Positions 32,001-42,095 of a stretch of 64,000 nt of DNA are shown here, piece after piece. Location of the stretch: positions 39,780 through 103,779 of the forward strand of contig CAWJRT010000016.1 in NCBI GenBank assembly GCA_963845325.1. Direction: 5' to 3'. The notes beneath the pieces are model-generated. The model had not been told where the DNA came from and did not search any database. It saw only the letters and a list, made by a program, of their open reading frames with translations. This DNA comes from an uncultured Spirochaetota bacterium (GTDB lineage: Bacteria; Spirochaetota; Spirochaetia; SZUA-6; Fen-1364). The number at the start of each line of letters is the position of its first letter. Position 1 is the first letter of the stretch. The translations under genes were made by a program, and so were the position numbers.

Positions 32001-32135
32001 GTTCCCTGACTGTCGGGCCGGGGAAGCGAGGGAGCCGAGAGTTGCCGCGAGCGCCGCCTCCAGCCCGGGAAGGCCGTCGGCCCGCAGGCGCACGAGCTGC
32101 CGGTAATTGCGCAACTCGGCAATAACATATACCAT
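29058..32135 (-). CDS. Large STAND-class P-loop NTPase with C-terminal TPR-like repeats (~1,000 aa), with one or two frameshifts. The N-terminal ~150-aa domain is unidentified.
   Basis: ORF 31635..32585 (N-terminal part MVYVIAELRNYRQ...FGFSVVVAPL), ORF 29878..31743 (Walker A VHGPSGVGKTALLGELAARLL, then helical repeats) and ORF 29058..29969 (further TPR-like helices) are contiguous on the minus strand. The frame changes at ~31700 and ~29930. Confidence 0.6.
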
Positions 32136-32183
32136 GGCCCGCATTATCCACGTTTGCGCCGGAGAGGGAAAGGGACGAGCAGC

Positions 32184-32748
32184 ATGGAGCCTCTGGAGTC
32201 CCTCCAGATGAAAGAAAAGAGAAGCCGGACCATCAGGCTCTCGGTGAATCCCAGGGCGGATTTCCGGGAGGTCATCCGGACCCTTGAATCGATTGTCCTT
32301 CCGCCTGTCCGCGTAAGCAATGAGCACGTCCGGTTCGCCGTCCTCGAGCTCCTGAACAATTCCATCCGCGCGCACAAGGAGAAGGGAGAGCCGAGGGACA
32401 TCTCGGTTGACCTTACGCATACCGACGGCAGGCTCGTGGTGACAATTCGGGACTATGGCGGCGGATTCGACCCGGGGAAGCTCCCCTACGGGCTGGAGGA
32501 AGATCCCGCCGTTCTTGACCTGCACTCCCCAGCGTTCGAGGAGTACCAGAAGACGGAACGGGTTCAAGCGGTTCGGCATGGGCATCTACATTGCGAAAAA
32601 GACCTTCGACGAGTTCCGGCTTCTTTTCCTGGATGAGCGCGACCAGCCCATTGCGTGGACGGCGGGAAAGACAACGGGAACGCTCATCACTCTCTCCGTG
32701 GGCGCGCGGCTGGACCGTTCTGCATCGGAGGCCGCCAGTGGGAAGTGA
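32184..32748 (+). CDS. GHKL-family serine-protein kinase / anti-sigma-factor-like protein (HATPase_c), with one frameshift at ~32560.
   Basis: It has the N-box HVRFAVLELLNNSIRAH, then RDYGGGFDP and the G-box (K)RFGMGIYIAKKTFDEF. Confidence 0.6.
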
Positions 32749-33079
32749 GCAGCGAAAGGACCTCCGCGTCCCCAGCTACGCAAAAGCTGTCCTTGCCGAG
32801 GGGCACATCCCCGGCTACATCCGTGACCTGAGCAGCTCCGGCTGCCAGGTCGCATTCATCCAGCCGGTTGCTGCCGCGGTGGGCGACGTCATAACCGTCC
32901 AGGTGATCGCCGAGCACGATCCGACCATTCCGCTGTTCCACGTCCGGCTTCGAATCAAGCGTGTGGTCGAAGACCCGCCGTGGCACTCGCTGGGCGCCCA
33001 GGTTGAAACGATACGCGATCCGGCGGAAGCGGCAGCTTTCGAGCGGCTGGTCGCGTACTACAGCGCGCCCGCCCAATAG
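32738..33079 (+). CDS. PilZ-domain protein (putative c-di-GMP receptor). Its start overlaps the stop of the upstream kinase gene.
   Basis: It has the RxxxR...(D/N)xSxxG pattern (RKDLRVP ... IRDLSSSGCQV). A GTG start at 32738 overlaps the upstream TGA. Confidence 0.5.
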   Translation: MGSEQRKDLRVPSYAKAVLAEGHIPGYIRDLSSSGCQVAFIQPVAAAVGDVITVQVIAEHDPTIPLFHVRLRIKRVVEDPPWHSLGAQVETIRDPAEAAAFERLVAYYSAPAQ

Positions 33080-33093
33080 GAGAGACTTCCGGC

Positions 33094-33639
33094 CTACCAG
33101 TGATCTTTTCCTGTCACCTGTTTCAGTGTCTTCCGCGACGGCGGCTCGGGGGTCTCATCGGCATGGCCGATGAGGATGAGCAGCACCACACGCATGGAGA
33201 AGGGCACAGTGAGGATCTCGCGCACCTCCTGCTCGTCGAACGTTGTGATGCAGCAGGTTCCCAGCCCTTCGTGGACAGCCTGCAGGACGATATGGGAGGC
33301 GGCGAACGCAAGGTCGACAGGATAGGAAGGCTGCCCGTTCGGCATGCGGTAGTCGATGTTGGTCGTGCACACGGCCACGATCAGGGGGGCCTGTCCCACG
33401 TAGTCCTGGTTGAAGGCGGCGTCCATCATCTTCATCCGCGTTTCTTTTTTCTGGATGACCACGAAACGCCATTCCTGCCGGTTCTTCGCTGACGGCGCAA
33501 GGCGGCCCGCTTCTACGATGCGTTCGACTTGTTCTTTTTCGAGTGGCTGCGAGGTGTATGCCCTGACGCTCCGTCTTTGGAGGATTTCCGGGCAGGACTT
33601 CCATGGTTGATCAGCAGATGATATCGGAAAAAAGAGCAC
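33094..33639 (-). CDS. Nitroreductase-family protein.
   Basis: It has the nitroreductase motifs RRSVRAYT, PSAKNRQEWRFVVI and a C-terminal GY-rich region. Confidence 0.7.
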   Translation of the reverse strand: MLFFPISSADQPWKSCPEILQRRSVRAYTSQPLEKEQVERIVEAGRLAPSAKNRQEWRFVVIQKKETRMKMMDAAFNQDYVGQAPLIVAVCTTNIDYRMPNGQPSYPVDLAFAASHIVLQAVHEGLGTCCITTFDEQEVREILTVPFSMRVVLLILIGHADETPEPPSRKTLKQVTGKDHW

Positions 33640-33682
33640 TATTCAAGTTTGCGCGCTCCGGCTCGGGAACTCGGCGTCGATT

Positions 33683-33711
33683 GACCATTGAATCCCCTTC
33701 TCCTATGCTCT
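33683..33711 (+). promoter_or_regulatory. Putative sigma70 promoter for the 33713 gene. The transcript would be leaderless or have a very short leader.
   Basis: TTGACC (33683-33688), a 17-nt spacer, then TATGCT (33706-33711), with the start codon within ~10 nt. Confidence 0.3.
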
Positions 33712-33712
33712 G

Positions 33713-34324
33713 GTGCACATGACCGCGGCGTTCCTCCTGCTCCTCCTCCTGTTTGCTGCACCGGAAAGGCTCCCGGCGCAGGCAGAGTCCCGGCAGACAG
33801 CCACGCAGGCGGATTCGCTTCTCACGGCGGTCTCCTCCTTCGCTCCCCGGCGTGAAGGCTCACCGGCAGAAGGAGCTCTCCTGGACTGGCTCGGTGTCCG
33901 CCTGGCGGAAATGGGCATGCACGCCGTTCCCTTTGATTTCAGCCGCTCGGATTTCGAGCACTCATTTTCCCGGTGCCTGAGAGTCGACGTCCCGGGCCGT
34001 TCCCGTGACACCGTGATTCTCGCCGTGCCTGTCGACGCGCCCCTGGACGCGGGTCCCGGCCAGGACGGGTCCGTCAACGTGGCACTCGCCCTCGACCTCC
34101 TGGGGCACGTGAGGGGAACCACACCGCCCTTCAGCCTCATCGTGCTTTTCCTCGGAGCCGAGTACGGAAACACGGATTCCTACCCGATGGGGAGTACTCT
34201 CTTTCTCCGGGACTACCAGCCCGACTACCGCGCAGCCGTCGTGTATCTCAATCTCCGCGAGGTGCCGGACAGGATACTCGTCCGGGGGGCGGCCGGGGCA
34301 TCGTCAGCCCGTTCTGGCTCATGA
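33713..34324 (+). CDS. Secreted hypothetical protein with a signal peptide.
   Basis: Signal peptide MTAAFLLLLLLFAAPERLPAQA. The stop overlaps the next gene (ATGA). Confidence 0.5.
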   Translation: MHMTAAFLLLLLLFAAPERLPAQAESRQTATQADSLLTAVSSFAPRREGSPAEGALLDWLGVRLAEMGMHAVPFDFSRSDFEHSFSRCLRVDVPGRSRDTVILAVPVDAPLDAGPGQDGSVNVALALDLLGHVRGTTPPFSLIVLFLGAEYGNTDSYPMGSTLFLRDYQPDYRAAVVYLNLREVPDRILVRGAAGASSARSGS

Positions 34325-35843
34325 GCCGTTGCGTGGATTCACTGCATGCAGCGCAGGTGCCCTACCAGCTGCAGGCGGATGAAGTGCAGGCGTTCCGGCT
34401 CGGGGCGACCGAGGAAAAGACCCTCATTGAGCCGTACCTCCGGGCCGGCTACCCCTCGATCGGCCTCGAAGGGCAGTCCGCCGCACCGGGGGCGCACGCG
34501 CCTCCCGGGATGCTTTCGTCCCTTTCCGCTTTCCTGCTCGCGTTTCTCGACGCCGGCCGCGGCGGAATCCCCGAGGAGTGGGACCGGCACTACCTGCTGG
34601 TGCAGGCTGGTGACATGTCGCTGATCGTCGGGGAGAAAGCCTACGTGGCGGTTCTTGGAGGGGTGCTTGCCGCGGCGCTTTTTTTTGCCCTCGTCTTCGT
34701 ACGGCGGCTGAAAAAGTACGTGCGGACCCTCGCGCGGAACATCGGCGCGATCCTTCCGCTGGCGGCTCTGACATTCCTTTTTCTCGCGGCGGGCACCTAC
34801 GCCCTGCGAGGCATCCTTGCTCTTCGCGCGTTCCCGGGGTTGTGGAGGTATGCGCCCGTCGAGTTTCTCGCGCTGAAGGCGTGCATTGCCCTGTTCCTGT
34901 ACGCGGCGCTCTACAATCCTTTCCGTCGCCTGCCTTTTCCAAGGAAGGGGAGTTTTTACTCCGCCGCGGCGTTGTTCTTCCTCCTCGTGGAGATCGCCGT
35001 TGTCGCCGTGTTCGATATCTCCTTCACGTCCTATTTCCTCTGGGCTTTCCTTCTTGTTTTCTTCTCAACGCTTGCGCGGAACAGGTGGGTCAAGCTCGCC
35101 CTTGTGCTGCCCGCGCCGTTCTGGGGGATCCGGGGCATCATCAGGATTTTCATGGTGCCGGCACTGCCGTTCTGCCGGATCCTCACGCTCTCGCCCGTAC
35201 TTGGCAACCTCGTGGTTGCTGGGGCCGCCCTTCCCTTCATCCTCGTGCTGCTGAGGCTGGGGCTTGCATTCCCCGGGACGGGGCTGCTGCGACGAGGCGT
35301 CCGCGAGGTGCTCCTCGCAGGTCTCCTCCTGGCCGGGGGGGGGTGCTTGCCATCCACCTCGCAATGTTCTCACCATTTTCGCCGGGCAATCCACAGCCCG
35401 TCACCGCAATCCAGACCGTCGTGGTGGGCTCGTCCGGACGCACTTCCTCAACCTCGCTTTCGATTGAAAGCCCTGCGCCCGTGAGCGGCATTTCGGTCTC
35501 GACTCCCGGGGGGTCGCGGCCGGTGCCGTCGCACTGGCAGGGCAGCCCGATCTCACTCATCCGGGCGGCCTCCCCCGTCCAGGTGAGCGTTGAAGCCGGG
35601 CAGTTCCTCCAGCAGCAGAATCTCGTGCTCACGATGAAGATGCCGTCCCGCCCCCGTTCCTTCGCCCTGAGCATCGAGTCCCCGGATGATTTCGTGCTCT
35701 TTGACAGCTCATTCCCCGCGGTCCGACTCGGTCCCCGCACCTACAGGCTCCTCGTGGGGGCCTTCCCGCCGGACCCGCTCTCCGTCCAGGTGTCTCTTCC
35801 CACCGGGCAGGCCTTCCGCTTCACTGCTCACCGCGGAGTTTGA
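34321..35843 (+). CDS. Polytopic membrane protein of unknown function, with a frameshift at ~35300-35400.
   Basis: A soluble N-terminal region is followed by at least eight hydrophobic helices (e.g. YVAVLGGVLAAALFFALVFV). The C-terminal non-membrane domain continues in ORF 34842..35843. Confidence 0.45.
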
Positions 35844-35933
35844 CTCTCCCCTCATCGCGGTTGAAGTAAGGGGGCGGTCCGACGTGCGCATCGCCACGAG
35901 GGTGCGCGTTGTGCGCACGCTGGAGATCAGGAC

Positions 35934-37200
35934 GTGAGCGCGCGGAATGCCACGGGGCCCCGTGGCGGTCAGGAGATCCGTCCTCTCATTTTTCACGTCG
36001 ACCTTGACGCCTTCTACGCCTCGGTGGAGCAGCGCGACGACCCGTCGCTGAAGGGCCGCCCGGTCATCGTCGGCGCCGCGCCGGGGCGCCGCGGCGTCGT
36101 GTCGGCCTGCTCGTACGAGGCGCGGCGCTTCGGCATCCACTCGGCAATGCCGATCTCCCAGGCCTATCGCCGCTGTCCCCAGGGCGCGTACCTCCCCGTG
36201 CGGATGGAGCGCTACCTGGAAGTGTCCCGTAATGTCATGGAGATTCTCTCGACGTTCACGCCGCACATGCAGCAGATCTCGGTGGACGAAGCGTTCCTGG
36301 ACCTCACGGGAACCGAACGGCTGTTCGGCCCCGCGCGGGACACCGGGGCGAGGCTGAAGGCCGAGGTGCTGTCACGCACAGGCCTGGCGATCTCGGTGGG
36401 AATCGGGCCGAACAAGTACCTGGCGAAAATGGCCACAAACTCGGGCAAGCCTGACGGACTGGTGGAAGTGCTCGCGGAGTGACGCAGAGGCGTTTCTTGA
36501 CGGGGTGGCATTGAAGGACCTCTGGGGAATCGGGGAGAAGACGCTGCAGCGCCTGACGGAGCTGAACATCACATCCGTCCGCCAGCTGCGCGGGATTCCC
36601 GCAGCCCGAGCTCTCCCGGCTGCTGGGGCAGGCGGCGTCAGGATTCCTTGCCGCCGTGACACGGGGATCGGACCCGGGCATCTTCTCCGAGGAACCCCGC
36701 AGCCGTTCCCTTTCCACCGAGACGACCTTCGAGCATGACCGCAAGGACCGGACCGGGATCGAGCGGGTGCTCCTGGAGCTTTCCCACCAGGTGATGTTCC
36801 GCATGAGGGAGGGCGGGTGGAAATCAAGGACCGTGGCGCTGAAGCTGCGCTTCCACGATTTCACGACGGTAAGCGCGCAGCGAACGATCAAGCACTGGAT
36901 CACTTCCGCGGACGAGCTGCACGGGGTCGCCGTCGAGCTGCTCGCGTCCCGGTGGATGGGCGGCACGCCGGTGCGGCTGGTGGGAATAGGGCTGTCCAAC
37001 CTTACCGCAGTGGAGGTGCAGGATCAGCTGGAGCTTTTCACAGACGGATCCACCCGCCGGGGAAAGGTGGAGGAAGCGGTGTTCCGCCTGCAGCAGAAGA
37101 TGGGGGACGGTACACTGACAAAAGCCAGCCTCATGCGCCCCGAAACCCGGCACCCCGAGACCAAGCGGCCGGCCTTCAAGAAGAAGCCGCCTCCGCGTCG
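35934..37200 (+). CDS. dinB: DNA polymerase IV (Y-family), with two frameshifts. The 3' end is uncertain.
   Basis: It has IFHVDLDAFYASVEQRDDP, SYEARRFGI and SVDEAFLD, then the little-finger region (RLVGIGLSNL...QLELF). The parts are in ORFs 35934..36482, 36505..36738 and 36656..37378. Confidence 0.85.
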
Positions 37201-37302
37201 TGAGCGCCGCGTCGTCGTGAGCGCCTCCTTGGGAAGCGCCTGTCGCAAGCGATGTGGCGCCTCTTGGAAGCGTCCGCCGCGCGGCGACGCCGAACGAGGA
37301 GC

Positions 37303-38196
37303 CTACCAGGCCTTCAGAACGTTCTTCGCTTTTATCAAGTCTTTCTTGTCCGGGGCAGTCAGGGACGGGGCATTCTGAAGCTCGTTCACGACCCGCTGCA
37401 CCAGCGATTTTGCCTCCTCGCGATCGGACTGGTCCGCCAGGGCTGCTGTTGCCTCGTAGAGGGAACGCCTTGTCGAGCGGCGTGGAGGCCGCGGCAAGCT
37501 GGGCTGACTTGTTCTTCTGCCCGGCCGTGCGCGCAGCCGCCGACCAGTTGCGCTTGTACAGCGTTTTTGCAAGCTCGGTGGAGAAATTGTAGACGAGCTC
37601 CTTTTCCGTGCCATTCTCCACCTGCGCCTGCCGCAGGTCCACAGCTTTGCGGCCAAGGGACACCGCGGCGTCGAGGTTGCCAAAAGAGACTGGCCAGCCC
37701 GGAAGCTCGCGGTACAGCTCACCGAGCACGATAGTAGGGGTCGGAGCGCTCGGGATTCAGCGACAACTCCTTGAGCAGCAGGTCCCTCATGGCGGCTCGC
37801 CTTGAACAGGGCGTTCAGGACTCCTTTCACCTGCCCCCACCGTCCGATGTTCGCCGATTTCCAGTAATAGGCGAAGTCATTCCGCGGATCGGCCTCGATT
37901 GCCTTGTCCGCGTACTTTTCCCCGTCTGTGAAAACAGCAAGAACGTCTTCCGTGGGCTTCCCGGACTTTCTCCGCCTGGTCGCCCAGCTCCATGTCTCGC
38001 GGGCGGCGCGCCAGTACAGCTCCGCCTGCTCTTCTCCCCCCGACGCCGAGGGCACGGCATCAAGGAGAAGCTTCACTGCTTCCGGGTACGCTCCCTGGTT
38101 GTGCAAGCTGTCGGCGTCCGCAAGTACCGAGGCCGCGTCGGCGCCCGCGAAAGCCAGGGGGGAAACAAGAAGCACAGCTGCCGCGACGAGCCTCAT
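37303..38196 (-). CDS. Secreted hypothetical protein (alpha-helical, TPR-like), with a frameshift.
   Basis: It starts with the signal peptide MRLVAAAVLLVSPLAFAGA at 38196. A helical domain follows (AELYWRAARETWSW...FAYYWKSANIGRWG). The C-terminal part LVQRVVNELQNAPSLTAPDKKDLIKAKNVLKAW is in the same long ORF after a garbled stretch. Confidence 0.45.
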   Translation of the reverse strand: MRLVAAAVLLVSPLAFAGADAASVLADADSLHNQGAYPEAVKLLLDAVPSASGGEEQAELYWRAARETWSWATRRRKSGKPTEDVLAVFTDGEKYADKAIEADPRNDFAYYWKSANIGRWGQVKGVLNALFKASRHEGPAAQGVVAESRALRPLLSCSVSCTASFRAGQSLLATSTPRCPLAAKLWTCGRRRWRMARKRSSSTISPPSLQKRCTSATGRRLRARPGRRTSQPSLPRPPRRSTRRSLYEATAALADQSDREEAKSLVQRVVNELQNAPSLTAPDKKDLIKAKNVLKAW

Positions 38197-38198
38197 CT

Positions 38199-39550
38199 CT
38201 ATTGTCCCGACGTGGAGGTGCGCACCCTCAAGTCCATGGACGGCTCGAGAACGTAGCTCTGTCCCGGCTGCACATCGAGATCCCCGGACCTGCATGGAAA
38301 AGGCTCCCGACGTAATGCGCACCGCGTGACGCCCCGGCGCGATGGGGATCCGATCCAGCTCGCGGTTCGGATTCACCAGCTTGTTGTCAACGAATATCCG
38401 CACCTGCGCGCGGGAGTCGCCCTGCCTCATGTCAGGATCCCGGAAGTTGGGCGGGATGAAAAAAGTCAGCGTGGAGACGGCGGGAGTGAGCTGGACCGCG
38501 AGGTTCACCGCCTTGTTCAGCGGGATGTTCGCGGCAAAGTCCGTGTACCCGTCCGCGCTCACCCGAACGGCATACGTGCCCGCAGGGAGATACTCGGAAT
38601 ACGGAACGGGCCCCTTCGGCGCGTTGTTGACGCTCACGGTTGCATCCGCCACGTTCGCGTTCACGGTCAACAGGAAGCCCGCGGACTGGAGAACAACGTC
38701 CAGCGTGAGAGGCCCGTTGACCGTCACCACTGAATTGTAATCCTGGAAGCCGGGCGCGCTCACCCTGATCGTGTGGGAGCCCCTTCCCACCGCGGGGACG
38801 GTGCCCGTCACGTTGGCGCCGTCGACAAAGATGGCGGCCCCCGGCGCGCCCACGCGGATGGCAAGCGGGAAGCCGGCGGGGTTCATCCGCACGGGAAATG
38901 TCATGTTGTACAAGACGTTCACCATTCCGTTCCAGTCGAGGTACCCGTCCACGTGAACCTTCAGGCTGTGCGGGCCCCGGGAAACGAAGGCGACGTTGCC
39001 CTGGATGGGCACGTTGTCGACGGAGATCGATGCGTTGGGCACGTTCACGTTGACCATGAGGCTCAGGCCCGGCTGCATGGCCACGTCAAGGCTCATGGGC
39101 GCGACCACGTTGATCGTCGCGCTGTAGGCAACGAATCCCGGGGCCGAAACCTGGACAAGGTGGGACCCCGCCGCCACCATGGGCACGGTGCCCGTCACCT
39201 CGGTGTTGTCCACGAAGACGCGGGCGCCCGGGCACGGAGACACGGACGGTCAGAGGGTACCCCTGCGGGGAGAGAGTGACGGGAAATGTCGCATCCCCGT
39301 TTACAACCACGGGTCCGTTGAAGTCGAACCAGCCGTCAGCGTGCACTTTGACGTTGTGTGCGCCCCCGGTCACCTTGGTCGTCCCGCCCGGGGCCAGGAC
39401 GTTGTCAACGTAGACATCGGCATCAGGCGCATTCACCGTCACGGTGAGATTCCAGATCTTCTTGGGCGAGAACCCCTGGCTGAAAACCGGGCCGGCAGCA
39501 ACGGCAAAGCACACCACCACCAGCGCGGACATTCTCACGATCGACCTCAT
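38199..39550 (-). CDS. Secreted PEGA-domain tandem-repeat protein (S-layer/cell-surface-like), with at least six PEGA units and at least one frameshift at ~39240.
   Basis: Signal peptide MRSIVRMSALVVVCFAVAAGPVFSQ. It has recurring ~75-aa units: [IV][FY]VD[GN]..V.GT.P....G.H.[IV][RK]VSA.G[FYW].D....V.V.....L.V.L. Confidence 0.7.
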
Positions 39551-39767
39551 GCCATTCTCCTCTTCGGCGCACAGGGTACACCCTCCCCCGCCGCTTTTCA
39601 ATGCATGGCGGCGGCGCAGCCGCGGGAAAGTCGGGCCGGAACGTCCTGCGTCTTGACATCCCGCGAAAAATCGGCTTTCCTTCGCCGCGCGGCAAGCAAC
39701 GGTGCGCCTGCCGGTGCCGAAACTGCCGGAGTGGACTGTTTCACGCCCTGAAAGGAACCCCTGACCA

Positions 39768-40371
39768 ATGAAAATCGCCCGTGTCGCTCGCCGTTGCTGC
39801 GCTCCTGTCCGTCCTTGCCGCGTGCGCTCACCCGCCGCAGGCGGAGATCGATGCCGCGCATGCGGCGCTGGAAGCAGCGTCACGGAACCCGGATATCATC
39901 ACGTACGCCCCTGATGCCCTGCGCCGTGCGCAGGAGAAGATTGAACGCGCTGGACGCAGGAGATCTCCCTGCAGGCAAGACGGTCGGGGCTTTCGCGGAG
40001 CTACGATGCGGCGGCGGCGCTCGCGAGGGAGGCCGCGGACCTTTCCGCCCGGGCCGGGACGGAGGCGGTGGCGGCCAAGCAGCAGGTTGCCGATGACGCG
40101 GCAGGCCTCGTTGACACGGTGGCGGCGGCCATCCCGGCATTCGAGTCGAAGGTATGGGCCGCCAGGCGCGTCCCGCGGATCAAGCTCGACATCATTGCGC
40201 CCCTCCAGCTCGTGCCCGACCAGGCCCGGGCAGCGGTGGACGATGCACGCAAGGACATCGCCTCCGGGCGCCTTTGCGGCGGCCAAGGCGCGGCTCATGG
40301 CGGCAAAGGACCAGCTCTCGTCCAGCGAAGAGACCATCACGGAACAGACGCGGATCGCGCGGGCGCGGTAG
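39768..40371 (+). CDS. Lipoprotein of unknown function, with about three frameshifts.
   Basis: After removing one C from a CCC run at 39779 the start reads MKIA-VSLAVAALLSVLAAC, which is a lipobox (LAAC). The remainder is an Ala/Glu-rich helical sequence ending ...AKARLMAAKDQLSSSEETITEQTRIARAR*. Confidence 0.5.
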
Positions 40372-40390
40372 ACCGGGGCCGATTGACGGC

Positions 40391-41572
40391 TTACCGCTGG
40401 CCGGGCATCCCGAGCCGGGCCAGGAACAGGCGCATCAGCGCAAGCCGCCTCGCGTAGTACGACTTCCAGGCTGGCGTGAGCTTCACCGTGCCGTCGGCAA
40501 GGTCGCCCAGCCGCGCAACCACCATCTGCGAGCGTTCGTTCGTGTAGTTGGCGATGGGAATCGGGTCGGCCCCCGTCACGGTGCAGCCGCCCGCGCCGCA
40601 GGCCAGGTCAACGTCGAGCATGTACGATTCTCCGGTTGCCGCGGCCATGCCCTGCAGCTGCGACGGGCCCAGGCTCCACGTCATTCCCGAGATGAAGTTG
40701 CCCATGGAGTACATGGCGAGTCTCCTCGTCCCGTTCACGTCCACGATGTCGTAGCCCTGGACGACATGGGGATGGTGCCCGACCACGATGTGGCGCCGGC
40801 GCCGAGGAGCTCGCGGAAGAAACGCCCGTTTCAGCGGGGACGGCGTCTGCACGTACTCGCGGTCGCCGTGGTAGGACACGATGAACACGTCGTACAGCGC
40901 CGAGGCCCCCCGCACGAACTCGAGAAACTCCTCCGCCTGGGCCGGGTTCGAATAGTCCACGACATTCACGTAGCGGGACTGGTCCTGCTCGTTGAGGAAC
41001 TGGGCCACGGCAATGAAGCCCACGCGGATGCCGTTGACGAGGAGGGTCTCCGGGCTGAACGGCCGATGCGGGTTTCCCGCGCGTCCCCGACCACGCGAAG
41101 GGGCGCGGTGCTCCCCAGGCGCGCCTTTTCCAGGGCGCGTATGGTCTGGAAAATCCCCTCCTCGCCGCCGTCAAAGGCGTGATTGTTCGCAGTGGACAAC
41201 AGGTTGAACCCGGACTGCACGCGCGGCGGAAAGGTAGTCGCTGGTGCCGTTGAAATACGGATACCCGGATGGCGGGCGGGACGGATCGAGGGGAAACTCG
41301 AGGTTCGCAAAAGCCAGGTCATCTGCCAGGAAGGCGTCATCGCAGGCCGCGATAGATATCGTGGAAGTCCTCCATGTGGTAGTTCACGTCGTGGCCCATG
41401 ATATCGCCGACGAAGGCGATGCGCAGGCGGCGCTCGCCCTGCCCCCGCCCTTCCTCCTGCTGCAGCCTGGCGCCGGCGCCCGCGCCACGGACAACCCGAG
41501 AGAGAGCAGGACGAAAAGCCTGAGCGCCCGCGCTGCCGCCGCATGCAGCGTTCTACACCTGCCGCAGCGCCC
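40391..41572 (-). CDS. CapA-family metallophosphatase (poly-gamma-glutamate synthesis-like), frameshifted.
   Basis: It has LSTANNHAFDGGEEGI and HIVVGHHPHVVQG, the calcineurin-like motifs of CapA/PgsA-type proteins. The parts are in ORFs 40966..41940 and 40391..41023. Confidence 0.7.
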
Positions 41573-41993
41573 ACCAGGCGACGACCGAGAGCCCGCAGCC
41601 CGTGCAGAGGCCCGCGAGGATTTCGGGAAGGGTGTGACCGAGACGGGTATTGATGCTGCCTGCCGGGACGTCGGGGTGCTTCGCCGTGAGCATCGCCAGG
41701 ATCCGCGCGTGATGCTGAACCGCGCCCCGCAGCCGCAGCGCATCGTAGATGGTGATCACTGAGAACACGCACGCTACTGCGAAGACACTCGAGCCGAACC
41801 CTTCCCACAGGCCGACAGAGACCGAGAGCGCGGTCACGAACGCGGAGTGGGCGCTGGGCATGCCCCCGGCGGAAACGAACCATGACAGGGCGGGCCTTTT
41901 TTCCCGGACCGAGTAGAAGACAACCTTGAAGGCCTGGCATGCCACCTGGACCGCAGCGGCCGTGAGCAGGACAAGGGGAAGCTTGGAGACCAT
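41553..41993 (-). CDS. Divergent-PAP2 / acid-phosphatase-related membrane protein.
   Basis: A ~147-aa hydrophobic protein containing GMPSAHSAFVTALSV, a PAP2-like PSxHS motif. Confidence 0.5.
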   Translation of the reverse strand: MVSKLPLVLLTAAAVQVACQAFKVVFYSVREKRPALSWFVSAGGMPSAHSAFVTALSVSVGLWEGFGSSVFAVACVFSVITIYDALRLRGAVQHHARILAMLTAKHPDVPAGSINTRLGHTLPEILAGLCTGCGLSVVAWWALRQV

Positions 41994-42095
41994 GCGCGGA
42001 TTGTACGCGAGAGCGGCAGAGGAAGGCAATTCACGACCGGGATCAGGCGCAGGCAGGAATCGTGCTTTCTGAAATCATGTCCCGCCTTGACAAAT

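Noticed and set aside
39643-39672. TTGACA -35-like hexamer upstream of the PEGA gene.
   Set aside because: It is on the plus strand while the PEGA gene is on the minus strand, and it has no acceptable -10 for the downstream lipoprotein gene (TTTCCT).
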